Positions 49,482 to 62,629 of a DNA stretch of 64,000 nucleotides are shown in pieces. Numbering within the stretch: the stretch's first letter is position 1; the number at the start of each line of letters is the position of its first letter. Under the pieces are notes generated by a model that made no database searches, had not been told where the DNA came from, and worked only from the letters and a program-made list of their open reading frames with translations. This stretch comes from Octopus sinensis (taxonomy: Eukaryota): positions 11,160,001 to 11,224,000 of the forward strand of contig NC_043013.1 of the NCBI RefSeq assembly GCF_006345805.1. The letters are read 5' to 3'. A program made the position numbers and the translations under genes.

Positions 49482-50158
49482 GCTCATCTGACTCTAGATT
49501 TCACCCTGTGCTATCCAAATAGTAGTATACGTACTTCCAGATTTGTTTCTGGGTTTCTCTAGTGTGTGAATTAATAATTAAAAGACTGGAAGTCAGCAAG
49601 AAGGAGTGTGGCTGGACATTTATTTTCAATCATTACAATTGTTTCTGCGCAACGTAGTTCTCCAGTCTTGCAGGTTATTGGTTATGCAATAGTCTCCCTG
49701 CATTATGAGATCAAGTTGTGTTACTGTCTCCGTAAGTTCAAATTCTCGACTTCAAGAGCATCCTCTCTTCCATAAACACGTTCGCGCACGCGTATATACC
49801 ATGTACTAACGCACACGTATTTGCACACAGACGTATTCGCACGCACACACACACTCATTTTTTCTCTCTTTTTCTAATGTATCTGATGTCGCTGTCTTGC
49901 CGATCTCATTTCACGCAACACCATTGAAGAATAGCAGCCTATTTTCCAGTTTCCATCACGGTTGAAGAATAGCATCCTATTTTCCAGTTGCCATCTCGGA
50001 CTCCCGGTAGCCATCTTCGACTTCATATGTTTCTTCATTCGGTAGCTAAGCCTGAATAAGGTGGAATTCAGTTAGAAACTGCAAAAGTTTAAGCTGCATT
50101 GAACCGAATCAAACTTCTTTGAATAAAAATAATAATAGCAATAATAATGACCAATGAA

Positions 50159-50221
<63 letters not shown>

Positions 50222-50226
<5 letters not shown>

Positions 50227-50612
50227 TGATGATAATAACCAATGTATACTATGAGTTTCTTTGCCCTAGGAGTCGGGAAGACGCTCGGCAAGAAATGGAA
50301 GCAAATTTGAAAGAAGAAGAAAAAAAAGAAAAAAATAATAATGATAATAATAATAATGATGATGATAATAATAAAAATAAATTCTTTTATTGGCCATAAG
50401 GGCTGACAAAAATTAATTATAACAAAAAGGGGACAAAACAAGACGAAACGTTACAAAGGGTTTTGTCCGTTTGTAAAAAACCGTGTAGAAACAGTGTAAC
50501 AATCAAAATTTATAACAACGAAAAACTCCCAATAGTGGGAGGCGTTACGAAAGGTTCCTGGTGGATAATAATAATAATAATATAATGATAATAATAATAA
50601 TAATAATAATAA

Positions 50613-50655
<43 letters not shown>

Positions 50656-51035
50656 TAATAATGATGATGATAATAACCAATGTATACTATGAGTTTCTTT
50701 GCCCTAGGAGTCGGGAAGACGCTCGGCAAGAAATGGAAGCAAATTTGAAAGAAGAAGAAAAAAAAGAAAAAAATATAATGATAATAATAATAATGATGAT
50801 GATAATAATAAAAATAAATTCTTTTATTGGCCATAAGGGCTGACAAAAATAATTATAACAAAAAGGGGACAAAACAAGACGAAACGTTACAAAGGGTTTT
50901 GTCCGTTTGTAAAAAACCGTGTAGAAACAGTGAACAATCAAAATTTATAACAACGAAAAACTCCCAATAGTGGGAGGCGTTACGAAAGGTTCCTGGTGGA
51001 TAATAATAATAATAATAATGATAATATAATAATAA

Positions 51036-51080
<45 letters not shown>
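50222..51080 (-). repeat. 438-bp near-identical tandem duplication containing LINE-like 3' ends in (TAA)n
   Basis: ccaatgtatac at 50239 and 50677. The minus-strand end agcccttatggccaataaaagaa abuts (ATT)n. Confidence 0.85.
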
Positions 51081-51082
<2 letters not shown>

Positions 51083-51149
51083 TATATATGTTTGTGTACG
51101 CGTGTGTGTGAGTGTGTGCGTGCGTATGTGCGTCTGTGTGCGTGTGTGT

Positions 51150-51370
51150 ACCTTTGCGTCTGTGTTTGGCCCCAACCGCCCTTGATACTCGGTGTTGGTG
51201 TGTTTGTGTCCCCGTAAGCTAGCGTTTCGGCAAAGAGATCAATGGAATAAGTAGATTAGCCGGCTTAAAAGACAAAAAAAAAAAAAAAAAAGTGGGATGA
51301 GGTCGATTCGTTTGACTGAAATATTCTTCAAGGTATTGCTCCAGCATTGCCGCGCTTTAATGTCTGAAAA
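51150..51370 (+). mobile_element. Decayed SINE family B, 3' half
   Basis: ggtgttggtgtgtttgtgtccccgtaa..cggcaaagaga..gctccagcattgccgc. Confidence 0.7.
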
Positions 51371-52054
51371 AAAATATAAACAAAAAATTAACGAAAAAAT
51401 AATTTTAAAAAATAGTATGCGTAAAAAAGACACGATTTGGTCGCAGCTGGAATACCTTTGATCATAGGCTTGCCTCAAAAGTGATGATTGTAATGGTGGA
51501 AAGGTGTCTGTGAAGATGGCAGTCATTAGCCTAGCTGCCAGGGAAGATAAGGAGAAAGCAAAGAGAGAGAGAGAGAGAAATCGAGCGAGCGAGAAATAGA
51601 GAGGGAGACAGAAAGAGAGAAAGAGAAAGTGAGAGATAGTGATGGTGACTTTGCTGGTGTTTGTGATGACTGTGGTAATGAGTTTGAATTAGTAGGTGGG
51701 TTGGTGTTGTTGGTGGTGAGTAGAGTTATTTATGGTCAATACTAAAATGACACGCGGAAAATAGAAAAAAAGAGAAAAATAAAATATCAAAAAATATAAT
51801 GAAAAAGTAAAAACAATATAAATTTAAACAACTGACCAAAAAAAAGCAACTGCAAAGAGCTTTTCCGTCATACATTCACACGCATGCACGCATATATTCA
51901 CACACATAGAAGCATACAAGTGTGTGTGTGTTATGTTTTTGTTTTGTTTTTTTTGATGGGGAGGGGTATTTTTTTCGCTCTTTTATATATTTCAGCGACG
52001 CGGCACCGGTCATGCTGGAGTGCTATTGTGAAAATATTACTTAGATTTCTGAAG

Positions 52055-52112
52055 GTGCTTGAACCCGCAAGTCCCGGCTAAGGAGACCAGTGCCTTATCC
52101 ACTGGTCCACGG
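52055..52112 (-). pseudogene. tRNA-Arg(CCT)-like remnant (tRNA pseudogene or SINE head)
   Basis: GTGGACCAGTGGATAAGGCACTGGTCTCCTTAGCCGGGACTTGCGGGTTCAAG closely parallels metazoan tRNA-Arg-CCT; no intact acceptor stem. Confidence 0.6.
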
Positions 52113-53885
52113 AATTTTCTTTTCCACATTTGTAGAATTTAAGCCGGTAACAGAGAGATTAAACAAAAGAAAAATATAATGTTACGGTCAAGACAGCTCT
52201 TGCAGTTTTTTTTTGGGGGGGGGATATCTAAATTCATTAGGGGTGTACGTGTGTGTGTGTGTATTCATGCGTGCATGTGCATTTGTGCGTGTGACTGTGT
52301 CTGGCTGTTTATGTGTATGTGTCTATGTGTCAGTACCTATGTGTGTGTGTGCTTATGCGAGTGTACGCATGTGTGTATACAAGAATATGTGTGTGTATCT
52401 GTATATGAGAATAATCTTGCATTTTTGTATACAAATATGGGTGCTTCAATGCTGTATATTGTGTATGTCTGTCTGTCTGTATGCATGTGTGTGCATCTGT
52501 GTGTATGTGTGTGTATGCATGTGTGTATTCTATTTGTGCATTTGATTCTGTGCATATGTCCGACCCAGGTACCTCAAATAGAGAATCCCTGAAATGCTTG
52601 TACACATTTGCACAATACCTGTAGTCGACTGTCGACGAATGAGTCTGCTCTATTCCCTTTTCGGGAGAACCCAGCATGTCTATGGCTTTCTGCAAACCTA
52701 CAGTTCCGCAGACCTGTGCATCTATGATAATAGGTGCAAATGAATATCTATAGCTTGGATATTACGATTTGTAGCTTTCACGTTTAGTGTTCCATAGATA
52801 TTCTCCATTATCACAATATTTTATGACACCTTCATATCCACTGTGCTGCTGGTCACTACAAGAGTGGTTGATGTTTCCTCGTTGTGTCATATCATTGTAT
52901 GAGCAAAACGCCTCCGTCCAATGGACGGTGCTGAGTTATCAAACATTTAAAACAAATTTTCTCAAAACAACTTGTCCGACCGTCCCATACGCCTCCCCTT
53001 TGAGAAACACTGATTTAACCTAAATTTGAGACACAAGCAAAAGAAGAAATAAAGATAAACTTTTTTTTCTATTCCAAAGAAAAACGATTTTATTCACACA
53101 ATGATAAGACTGTTGACTGGGAGAACACAAACATGGTTTAAGCAGTAAACTTGGCAGGAAAAACAAAACGTGCATTTAAGCAGTACAAAAACAACGAAAA
53201 ATGGAAGGTGCAGTTATGTACAGGTTGACGGAAGAAAAGGGGGACAAAAACGGCTTTATCGATCGCATTCTCACCTGGAATCGATTTTGTAATTTTTTTC
53301 AAGACTTATACACGCCCTGCTACCGTCGGTATCTTCATATCAAATTTGAGCGCAATCGGATGGAGTATTTTTAAATATTTTTTAACGTGACTGCTTAGTA
53401 GATTGTAAAATATTAAACCATGACTGACTTTGTCGAAGGCCTAGGCCAGTGCCAGATGTATCACATCTATATTTGAACGGTTGAGCGGTTGTTTCTCTAC
53501 CCAGTCATAATACTGTAGTAGCTGTGCAGGGCACTGCATTCCAGGACGGAAGCCACTACTGTAGGAGAGAATTTTCAAACCCATCCACAATTACACCTCG
53601 TAGCTCTCTGCTGTTTTTTGATTGGAAATTGAAAAGTTATGGACCCTCGAAACCTAAGTTGCAACAGTACTGGGTCCTTACTCAAGATGGAGAAGGTTAG
53701 ATCTTTGGTACTGTACAGTGGAGTCCAGTTCGCTCGTTGGTATTGCTTTCAATATTAATGCTGGTGATAAGATATTCCAGGTATTTCCATATAAATATCA
53801 CCACATACTTTTCTCGTCTTCTGTCCTGGGAGTAGAGTTTAATTGTTTAGCTGCTCCAAGAACTCATCTGTTCGTATCAAGACAA

Positions 53886-54428
53886 TTACCCACCCCATTT
53901 GACAATTACTCCCCATAGTACAATTCTTCCCTACGACAACTACCTCCTAGGACATTTATCTCCCTTGGTTAATTACCCCTCTTCAATATATTAAGAAGTT
54001 TTAAATCATCATCTGTTGTCCTCGGGGGTAATTGTCTTTGGAGAGCTGCGGAAGGGAAGGCGCTCACAGGACGGTCAGAGGAAGCGCTTTAAGGACACAC
54101 TGAAAGCCTTCAACATCGACCATGACACTTGGGAGCAGTCTGCTCTAGACAGAGAAGGGTACCAACACATGCGAGACCAATAGAATCGCTGCTGCAGAAG
54201 ACCGCAGACTAGCTAGGAAGAACAGAGCTAACAACCCTGTAGTAGGCGCTACTATTCCCTTTCCACACTGTCAAAGACACTTTCGGGCGCAGATTTCCTT
54301 CACTAGCAATCTGCGAACTCACAAAATAAGCCAACCCCATGACTAGATGGTCTTCGTCGCATCGACGGACAAACTACACAATCGTCCTTGGGGTAGTAAT
54401 TGTCCATGGGGGTAAATGTCCTAGATTC
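53886..54428. mobile_element. MITE or foldback-like insert with GACAATTACCCC subterminal repeats
   Basis: gacaattacc/ggacatttatc repeats on the left and ggtaattgtc/ggtaaatgtcc on the right. Confidence 0.55.
54040..54380 (+). mobile_element. RTE-clade LINE 3' end
   Basis: GELRKGRRSQDGQRKRFKDTLK..TWEQSALDR and a decayed C2H2-like motif PFPHCQRHFRAQISFTSNLRTH*. Confidence 0.8.
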
Positions 54429-55964
54429 CATCTGTTATATCAAGGCAAACTTCTTGATGTAGTGGCAATGGATTGCCTCGAGTTCTGTTGTTAGTTTAAA
54501 CACTCTGTGACTACCATAATTAGGAGCGGTATTCCATTCCAGGCGACTGAGAACAAATGTTCTACATATGATCAACATAGGTTCCTTTTTTCTCCGTTCT
54601 AAATGATTTCAGAATCCAAGCAGCTAGTCACCTGTGCTCTGTTGCCCTTTAGTAACACGGAATGATGCCTCATTTCTTATGTGAATTCCCAGTTCACGCA
54701 ATGTGATGCCCTACCCTTGTAGTCTGTATTCTGATGGTAATCCCTTCAGAGACTATACCAGAGCATTTAAAATTTCTCAGCATTGAACTGCATGTTGCTT
54801 CAGGGTTCTTGAATAACTAGTAGATTGTGACATCAGCCCTTGATCGACTTCGCCGAAGGCCTTGGCAAATGCGAGATATATCACATCCATATTTGAAAGG
54901 TTGAGCTGTTGTTTCAGTTCCCAATCATAATGCCGCCGTAGCTGCCGAAAATAATGCGTTTCACGACAGAAGTCACGCTACGCGACATTGAGCTAGCTGT
55001 ATTCTTTTTGGAATGGGAATAGCTTTTTGACATTGCGTTTCATGACCGCTAACGAGGGAGGTCGGAAAGATAGGCTGGTAATATTTTGAATATGTTCTTC
55101 TTCCTTCTTTATGGACAGGGCATATTATACCATATTTTAACATGCACCATGTAAGGATCTCTGGAAATATCTTTGCATTAATTTTGCGAGAATTTGCTTG
55201 AATATCTTTAAAGAATGACTGGAAAACCATCAGGGCTGTTGATGACTCCAAGTTCATCAGTGGCTGATATTAATGTTATCAATGGTTACCGCTTCCCTGT
55301 GTTGATTTCAAAAATGCTGAAGAATTTATCAAGCTAACTTATTTGCTTAACTTCCTTCAATGTATGCATCGACAGTTCAACCAACACACGAACTTAACCA
55401 CATATTTACAAACACCAAGTGAATGTCTGAGTGTGTGGGAGGGAGTGTCAATGGCAAAAGAACATGGTTTGCACAATCACATTAGTCGTCCATTGAAACG
55501 GTTCTGAAGAACGTAAAAAATATCGGACTGGCACGCAGCTCTAGTCGCATAGTTCTTTTAAGAGAAACAACGTTAAGCCAATGCAAGTGGTTACGTAAAT
55601 TCCGTTCGTTTCTTTTATTCATATTTTTTATTATTAATATCTATTTCCGTAATAGCTTGCTGGTTTACTGCAAAATATTAGTATATTGAGCTCTAACAAT
55701 TGGTTTTCAGCATCGCAATGGCAAAAAGGAATCATTTTATAAATACGATAAATGTGCATGCATGTTGGCCCTCATAGTTTTGTTCATTGGAGCCATATTA
55801 TCAATGAGGGTGCAGAGCTTGCCGGGAGGTAGTCATTGCTTGGCATTAATGTGAATTAGATTATCGAGAAGAATGGGCGTCAAATGTTTGGCAAACAAAG
55901 TAACAAATATTTAAGCCTTATGCAACTCATTATCCGCGTGCACACAGGCATACACTCAAACGCA

Positions 55965-56015
<51 letters not shown>

Positions 56016-56020
56016 AAACG

Positions 56021-56051
<31 letters not shown>

Positions 56052-56164
56052 ACACATATTTGTACATTTAGAGGAATAATGGTGACAACGACTTGTAGCT
56101 TTTCTCAGACAGAGGAGGACAAGCAGGCCAAAACTGTATGTGTGTGTGCGTGTCTATATTTAAA

Positions 56165-56355
56165 AGTGGCGAGTTGGCAGAATCGTTGCCGTGAAGGGCA
56201 AAATGCTTAGTGGTATTTCGCTCGACTTTTCGTTCTCTGTTGAAACTACTCCGAGGTCGACTTTACCTCTCAACCATCCGAGGTCCATAAAATAAGTACC
56301 AGTTGAATATTACGCCCTGCGACCAACTTTGCTGGCCTAACGTCAAAATTTTAAA
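56165..56355 (+). mobile_element. Decayed SINE family A
   Basis: gtggcgagttggcagaatcgtt..gaggtcgactttacctc..aaataagtaccag. Confidence 0.75.
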
Positions 56356-56428
56356 ATCTCTCTCTTTCTATTTATCTGTCTATGCACACACATACACAAA
56401 CGCAGACGCACACACACACACACACAAA

Positions 56429-56506
<78 letters not shown>

Positions 56507-56950
56507 CATAGCGGCAGAGGATTTAAGAAAAACCAAGGTAGTTCATGTGTGTGTGTGTGTACATGTGTGCGTACGGGTTTTTCTTTCTTTTTTTGTTTTT
56601 GTTTTTTGTTATAACAAGATAAGAAAGCAATAAAGTTTTATTGAATGACATTTGTAAGGTCGGCGTTGGCTGTTGAGTAGGAGGCGGTGGTGACGGAGGC
56701 GAAAAATCAAAGGCTGATAAAACAGACCATGCATGACTAAATAGACTAGAATGACAGAGTTAAATGATAGATCTAGTGAAGAGGAGAGAGAGAGCTAAGG
56801 AGAGAAGGAAGAAGAAGCGAAGTCATTGGATTGATTGAAAGCAAAGAAGAGAGGGAGAGAGTTTGTATGGTGTGAAACGGTCAGCATGTGTGTGTTAGGA
56901 ACAAAATAAATAACAGGATTAGAAGTGGTGTGTGGTTGTGTGTGTGTGTC

Positions 56951-57034
<84 letters not shown>

Positions 57035-57059
57035 TGTATGGTTGCGTTTGTGTGTATGC

Positions 57060-57250
57060 TTTTATTCTTTTATTCTTTTACTTGTTTCAGTCATTTAAAT
57101 GCGGCCATGCTGTGGCACCGTTTTAAAGGGGTTTTTTTCCGTCGAAGAAATCGGCCCAGGAGTTATTCTATGTAAACCTAGTATTTATACTATCGGGCTG
57201 ATTTGCCCAATGGCTAAGTTACGGGGACGTAAACACACCAATATCGGTGA
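57060..57250 (-). mobile_element. SINE family B, 3' half
   Basis: ttttacttgtttcagtcattt..gcggccatgctg..acggggacgtaaacacacc. Confidence 0.8.
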
Positions 57251-57399
57251 AACATCATAGAAGATTGCAGACATCGACATATCCTAAAAAGGAACTAATA
57301 ATATATATCCAAACTTCAAAAAAATCTGTGCTGTCAACGATGTTTAGGATAAGAATTTCAATACTCAAGCATCTACCGAATTATAATTTTCTTTGTGTT

Positions 57400-57968
57400 T
57401 TTGCTCTAGGCTCAAGAGCCCGAAAGTTTTAGGGAGGGGGCCGGTCGTTAAATCGATCCCAGTATGCAACTGGTACTTGATTTATCGACCCCGAAAAGAT
57501 GAAAGCCAAAGTCGACCTCGGCGGAACTTGAACGTAAGGGAAGACGAAATAACCTATTTCTTTACTACCCACAAGGGGCTAAACACAGAGAAGACAAACA
57601 AGTACAGACAAACGGATTAAGTCGATTTTATCGACCCCAGTGCGTAACTGGTACTTATTTAATCGACCCCGAAAGGATGAAAGGCACAGTCGACCTCGGC
57701 GGAATTTGAACTCAGAACCGTAAAGACAGACGAAATACCTATTTCTTTACTCCCACACGAGGCTAAACACAGAGAGGACAAACAAATACAGAGAAACGGA
57801 TTAAGTCGATTATATTGACCCCAGTGCGTAACTGATACTTATTAATCGACCCCGAAAGGAGGAGGGGCAAAGTCGACCTAGGCGGAATTTGAACTCAGAA
57901 CGTAACGGCAGACGAAATACGGCTACGCATTTCGCCCGGCGTGCTAACGATTCTGCCAGCTCGCCACC
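57400..57968 (-). mobile_element. SINE family A trimer (head-core-tail1-core-tail1-core-tail2)
   Basis: Junctions at 57554/55 and 57739/40; the middle unit is 185 bp. Confidence 0.9.
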
Positions 57969-58116
57969 TTACATCCATCGAATTATAATGCTTTGTCATT
58001 GGAAAAGTTACGTTCGAATCGAAGAATAGTCAGTGATCTCAATGAAGGTGTTCCTCACCAAAATATGGAGTTATCCGAGAAATGTTTAGTAAGATGTGAA
58101 AAGGAAAATGAACATA

Positions 58117-58326
58117 AGGCGGCGAGCTTGTAGAAACGTTAGCGGTATTTCGTCAGTTGTTATGTCCTGAGTTCAAATTCCGCCGAGGTCGACTTTTCCT
58201 TTCATCCTTTCGGGGATCGGTGAATTAAGTACCAGTTACGCACTGGGGTCGATCTTATCGACTTAATCCCTTTGTCTGACATTGTTTGTCCTCTCTATGT
58301 TTAGCCCCTTGTGGGCAATAAAGAAT
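58117..58326 (+). mobile_element. SINE family A (tail 1)
   Basis: aggcggcgagc..gccccttgtgggcaataaagaa. Confidence 0.88.
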
Positions 58327-58428
58327 TAAGATGTGAAAATGAAATATAATATAAGTACTAACTTTATTAATTATTTAATGTGTATATACATTTTTGGGGT
58401 GACACTCTATGTTTGTTTGTATGTGTGT

Positions 58429-58468
<40 letters not shown>

Positions 58469-58794
58469 ATGTAGGCGCAGCATAACTGAATTTTTAAAAG
58501 TTTCCTCCAAAGCCACAAGGTCACGGGTTCGATTATGTCATTATCTTAAACCGTGGGTCGATATAAATTGTGAATGAAATTGGATAACAGAATATTGTAT
58601 CGTAGCCTATGAAGTTGTTTTTTGTACCTGAAGTACAAGAAAAAAAACCCCTGAAAAATGAAAAGAGGAAAAATACATGCAGACTGACTGCATATTATAT
58701 AAGTATAGCTTACGAATGTTGTAATAAATTAGTAAATGAATTAGTTTTAACATAGAACTATTAACGTATTTTTTGTTTCCAAGTAAAAAACATT

Positions 58795-59885
58795 CAGTAA
58801 AACTTCATACGTAGGCCAACTCAAATTAAGCTAAATACATTGACTTGAATTTTAGAGAAGCTACATCACACTGAGCAGGAAGAATTTGGAATGCCTTTAT
58901 CAATGTCATGATGGCCGAAGGTTGTGCTGAACATCTGAGGAAGAACCAGGAACACGTTTCTCATTTCACCACCATTTTAAAGAGTTCTGGCAATGTAATC
59001 TGTCTCATTAAAATGGATTTCCGTCTAAGTTGTTTTTCTACACTTATGTAAACTGCCATATTCTCCCTGATAAATACTTATCAATCCACGTCAGCAATTA
59101 ACTGATCTCATATTTTCTCCATATCCTCTTCGGTGAATTCTAAATTTGTGTCCACAATGTCATCACCATTATTAACATTACTATCTTCATGCTTATCTTC
59201 ATTTCAGCCATTTTTCCATTGCTCAAAGAATGCCCGACAGGTGCATCATTATCAATCTTCAGTGCTTCATCCATGTGGGCTGCTTATAATCTTCTGACAC
59301 ATGTAGCTGATATACTTTTGACTAAGCAATGAGATTTCGTTTCCTCTCAGTAATCATACGGAATCTTTCAAAATCTTCGTCTCAACGCTCATTTTTATCG
59401 AACATAGCTGAAGGCTAAAGTTTGCGCAACTCTTATCTTAATATTGATTTAGTAACATTTTTCGAAGCATTAATAATGCATAAATAGCATCCTTAAATCT
59501 GAAGTATTTCCAGTAGTTCTGGAGCATTTCATCTTTGTTGACAGCATCAAGTATGATGCAGTCTTCATACATTTGATCACCATAGAGAGTAACATTACTC
59601 GGTGACAAAACTGTATAAAAAAATTCACATGAAGCAGGGAAATCAAATACCGAAGACATTGATTCAAATAAGAAGTCCGGTAAGGAGACTTGCGGAGTAG
59701 CTGTTTAGGATCAATAAAACCTTACAGTTCTCTTCTATGGTTAGATTCCCTGGAAGGCAATTGTAAAAATGTTATCAATCCAAAACATATGTAAATGTCA
59801 TGTTGCTAGAAGAAAGTGTTTACTGAGACGATCCGTAAACATTTTCCGGGTTACCCATGTTTTCTTGTTTGCATAACAATGCAAA
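58795..59885 (-). mobile_element. pogo/Tigger-like (DDE_1) transposase remnant
   Basis: YANKKTWVTRKMFTD, KVLLILNS, IQFCHRVMLLSM, FRFKDAIYA; possible terminus CAGTAAAAC at 58795. Confidence 0.7.
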
Positions 59886-59888
59886 GGT

Positions 59889-60145
59889 AATTTGAACTCA
59901 GAACGTAGCGGCAAACGAAATACCTATTTCTTTACTGCCCACACAGAGAGGACAAACAAGGACAGACAAACGGATTAAATCGATTACATCGACCCCAGTG
60001 CGTAACTGGTACTTAATTTATCGACCCCGAAAGGATGCAAGGCAAAGTTGATCTCGGCGGAATTTGAACTCAGAACTTGACGGCAGACGAAATACCGCTA
60101 AGCATTTCGTCCGGCGTGCTAACGTTTCTACCAGCTCACCGCCTT
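59889..60145 (-). mobile_element. SINE family A with the start of a second headless unit
   Basis: Same gaaatacc|tatttc junction at 59924/25. Confidence 0.88.
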
Positions 60146-61491
60146 TGTAGTTAACATCTTTTAAAGTTAAGGTATTTAAAGCTAAGGTTTGCATTTTTCC
60201 AAAGCATAAGGCTCATGCATAAATTTTGAAAAATATCCGCCAACAGGATCGTGTGTTGAAACCGGGTGTTGAAACATATATTGTTATATATCGGGATAGC
60301 AATTTCTTTCTCTGTTTTCCAAATAAACACCTGCACTATACACTCCTTTACTTCAACTTTATTAATGTTCTTACTTTAATGACTTTGTCTGAAATCTTTC
60401 ACCAAACATCCTGTGACCTCTTCGGCGACTCTCCTTCCCACATGTCGCCTGTTCTGTTTAGTCCATTCTGTCTTCCAGACAGTGTGGATCTACACACACA
60501 CACACACACAATCTCACACATACACACACACACGCACAGAGGCGCACGCACATACACACGCGTACACACACGCGTGAATACATAACTACATACATAGACG
60601 CAGACATACATTTTTAGACATATTCTATATTTTGAAACATGTATTAACTGTTTTAGAATCTAGAAATGACATTTAAAGGAAATAACTCGAATAATAGCTA
60701 AACCAAAATTAAAAAAATTAAATCAATGCATTTAGGATTGGAACGACCATTTTAGAGTTTGTTGGTGGGAAGGAACTGACATGTTCCTGTGTATGTGTAC
60801 ATTGTGTGTGTGTGGGGGGGGGGTGTATGTGCGGTAGAGAGAGTGGGAAAAAGGCATAAAACCCAAAGAAGTGAAACTGGTAATCTGACACTGTAGAAGA
60901 AAACGACGAAGGACACATGAAATATGGCAATGGTAAAGGGTGAGGTAGGATGTAGAAAGATTGAAACGACAGAAGATGAAAATTGAGAGAGAGAAAGAGA
61001 GAGAGTGTGTGTGTGTGTGTGTGTGGAAGAGGTTGAGACGGGAAGGGCGAGAGAAAGGAGGGCAATTTAGTTAGAAGGAAGATCAAGGGATGCTGAAGAG
61101 ATGAAGAGGGAGTAAGTAAGAGAAAAATATGATAGAAAAACTAAAGAAAGATGGGGGGAAAGAGAGAGAAAGAGAAAGAAAGAAAGAAGAAAGAAAGAAA
61201 GAAAGAAATGAGGAAGAGGAAAAGATGGAGAGAGAAAGTGTAAGAAAAAGGACATATGGCTCTGACGGAAGATCAAGGGATGCTGAAGAGCTGGAGAGGG
61301 TGTAAGTAAGAGAATAAAGAAATTGATGAACTAAAGAAAGATTGAAACGGGGAGATAGATGGAGAGAGTGAGAGAGAGAGAGGGCAAGAGAGTGAAAGAG
61401 GAATAAAGAAAGAAAGAAAGAGAGAAGTTTAAAGAAAAATGAGTATGGTAAAATAGAGAGACAACCACCAAAATGACAGTGATACGCTTTA

Positions 61492-61904
61492 ACTCTTTTA
61501 CTTGTTTCAGTCATTTGACTGCGGCCATGCTGGAGCACCGCCTTTAATCGAGCAAATCGACCCCGGGACCTATTCTTTTGTAAGCCCAGTACTTATTCTA
61601 TCAGTCTCTTTTGCCGAACTGCTAAGTAACGGGGACATAAACACACCAGCATCGGTTGTCAAGTAATGCTACGGGGACAAACTTAGACACACAAACACAC
61701 ACACGCATACATATATATATATATATATATATACATATATACGACGGGCTTCTTTCAGTTTCCGTCTACCAAATCCACTCACAAGGCTTTGGGTAGGCCC
61801 GAGGCAATAGTAGAAGACACTTACCCAAGGTGCCACGCAGTGGGACTGAACCCGGAACCATGTTGGCGGTAAACAAGCTACTTACCACACAGCTACTCCT
61901 ACGC
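61492..61904 (-). mobile_element. Full-length SINE family B
   Basis: Complete tail, body, internal (TA)n(CA)n and head. Confidence 0.95.
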
Positions 61905-62335
61905 GATGGTGAAGCTTCGACTTGTAAGAATTTAGAAAAATGACGGGTTAATAAGATTTGTTTTCTGTTTCTCGATGACACAATAATGAAACATAAAACA
62001 ATAAAACAATGCACAAACGAATAAAACATCACAAAGACATAAAAAGTAATCAGAAATACTAAATAAATAAATAAAAACAGATGATAATAAAAAAAAATTC
62101 AAAGATGAAAAGTGTTTTTTCATCAGCACAAATAAAAAGAAACAATGAAAAAAACAAACATATTTACGGATGCATACACAAACAGACTGAGTCTCTGGCA
62201 CACATACATATACATACATACATACATACAAACAATCACATACGTAAATACATAAACACAGGCGCACGCGTTCACTTACACACAGAGATATATACAACCG
62301 CGTAAACGTATCCTACCTCCGTTTCGGATATACGT

Positions 62336-62380
<45 letters not shown>

Positions 62381-62389
62381 ATACATATA

Positions 62390-62551
62390 GCAGGAGTGGC
62401 TGTGTGGTAAGTAGCTTGCTAACCAACCACATGGTTCCGGGTTCAGTCCCACTGCGTGGCATCTTGGGCAAGTGTCTTCTGCTATAGCCCCGGGCCGACC
62501 AATGCCTTGTGAGTGGATTTCGTAGACGGAAACTGAAAGAAGCCTGTCGTA

Positions 62552-62629
<78 letters not shown>

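Larger units (their letters stand above)
53470..55300 (-). mobile_element. Decayed CR1-type LINE (RT and 3' region), interrupted at about 53886-54428
   Basis: IICPVHKEG..YQPIFPTS, MDVIYLAFAKAF, EPMLIICRTFVLSRLE, and 3' RTQYCCNLGFEGP*LFN. Confidence 0.75.

Noticed and set aside
57400-57968. CRISPR-like repeat array
   Set aside because: Eukaryotic SINE units of 185 bp with no unique spacers and no cas genes.
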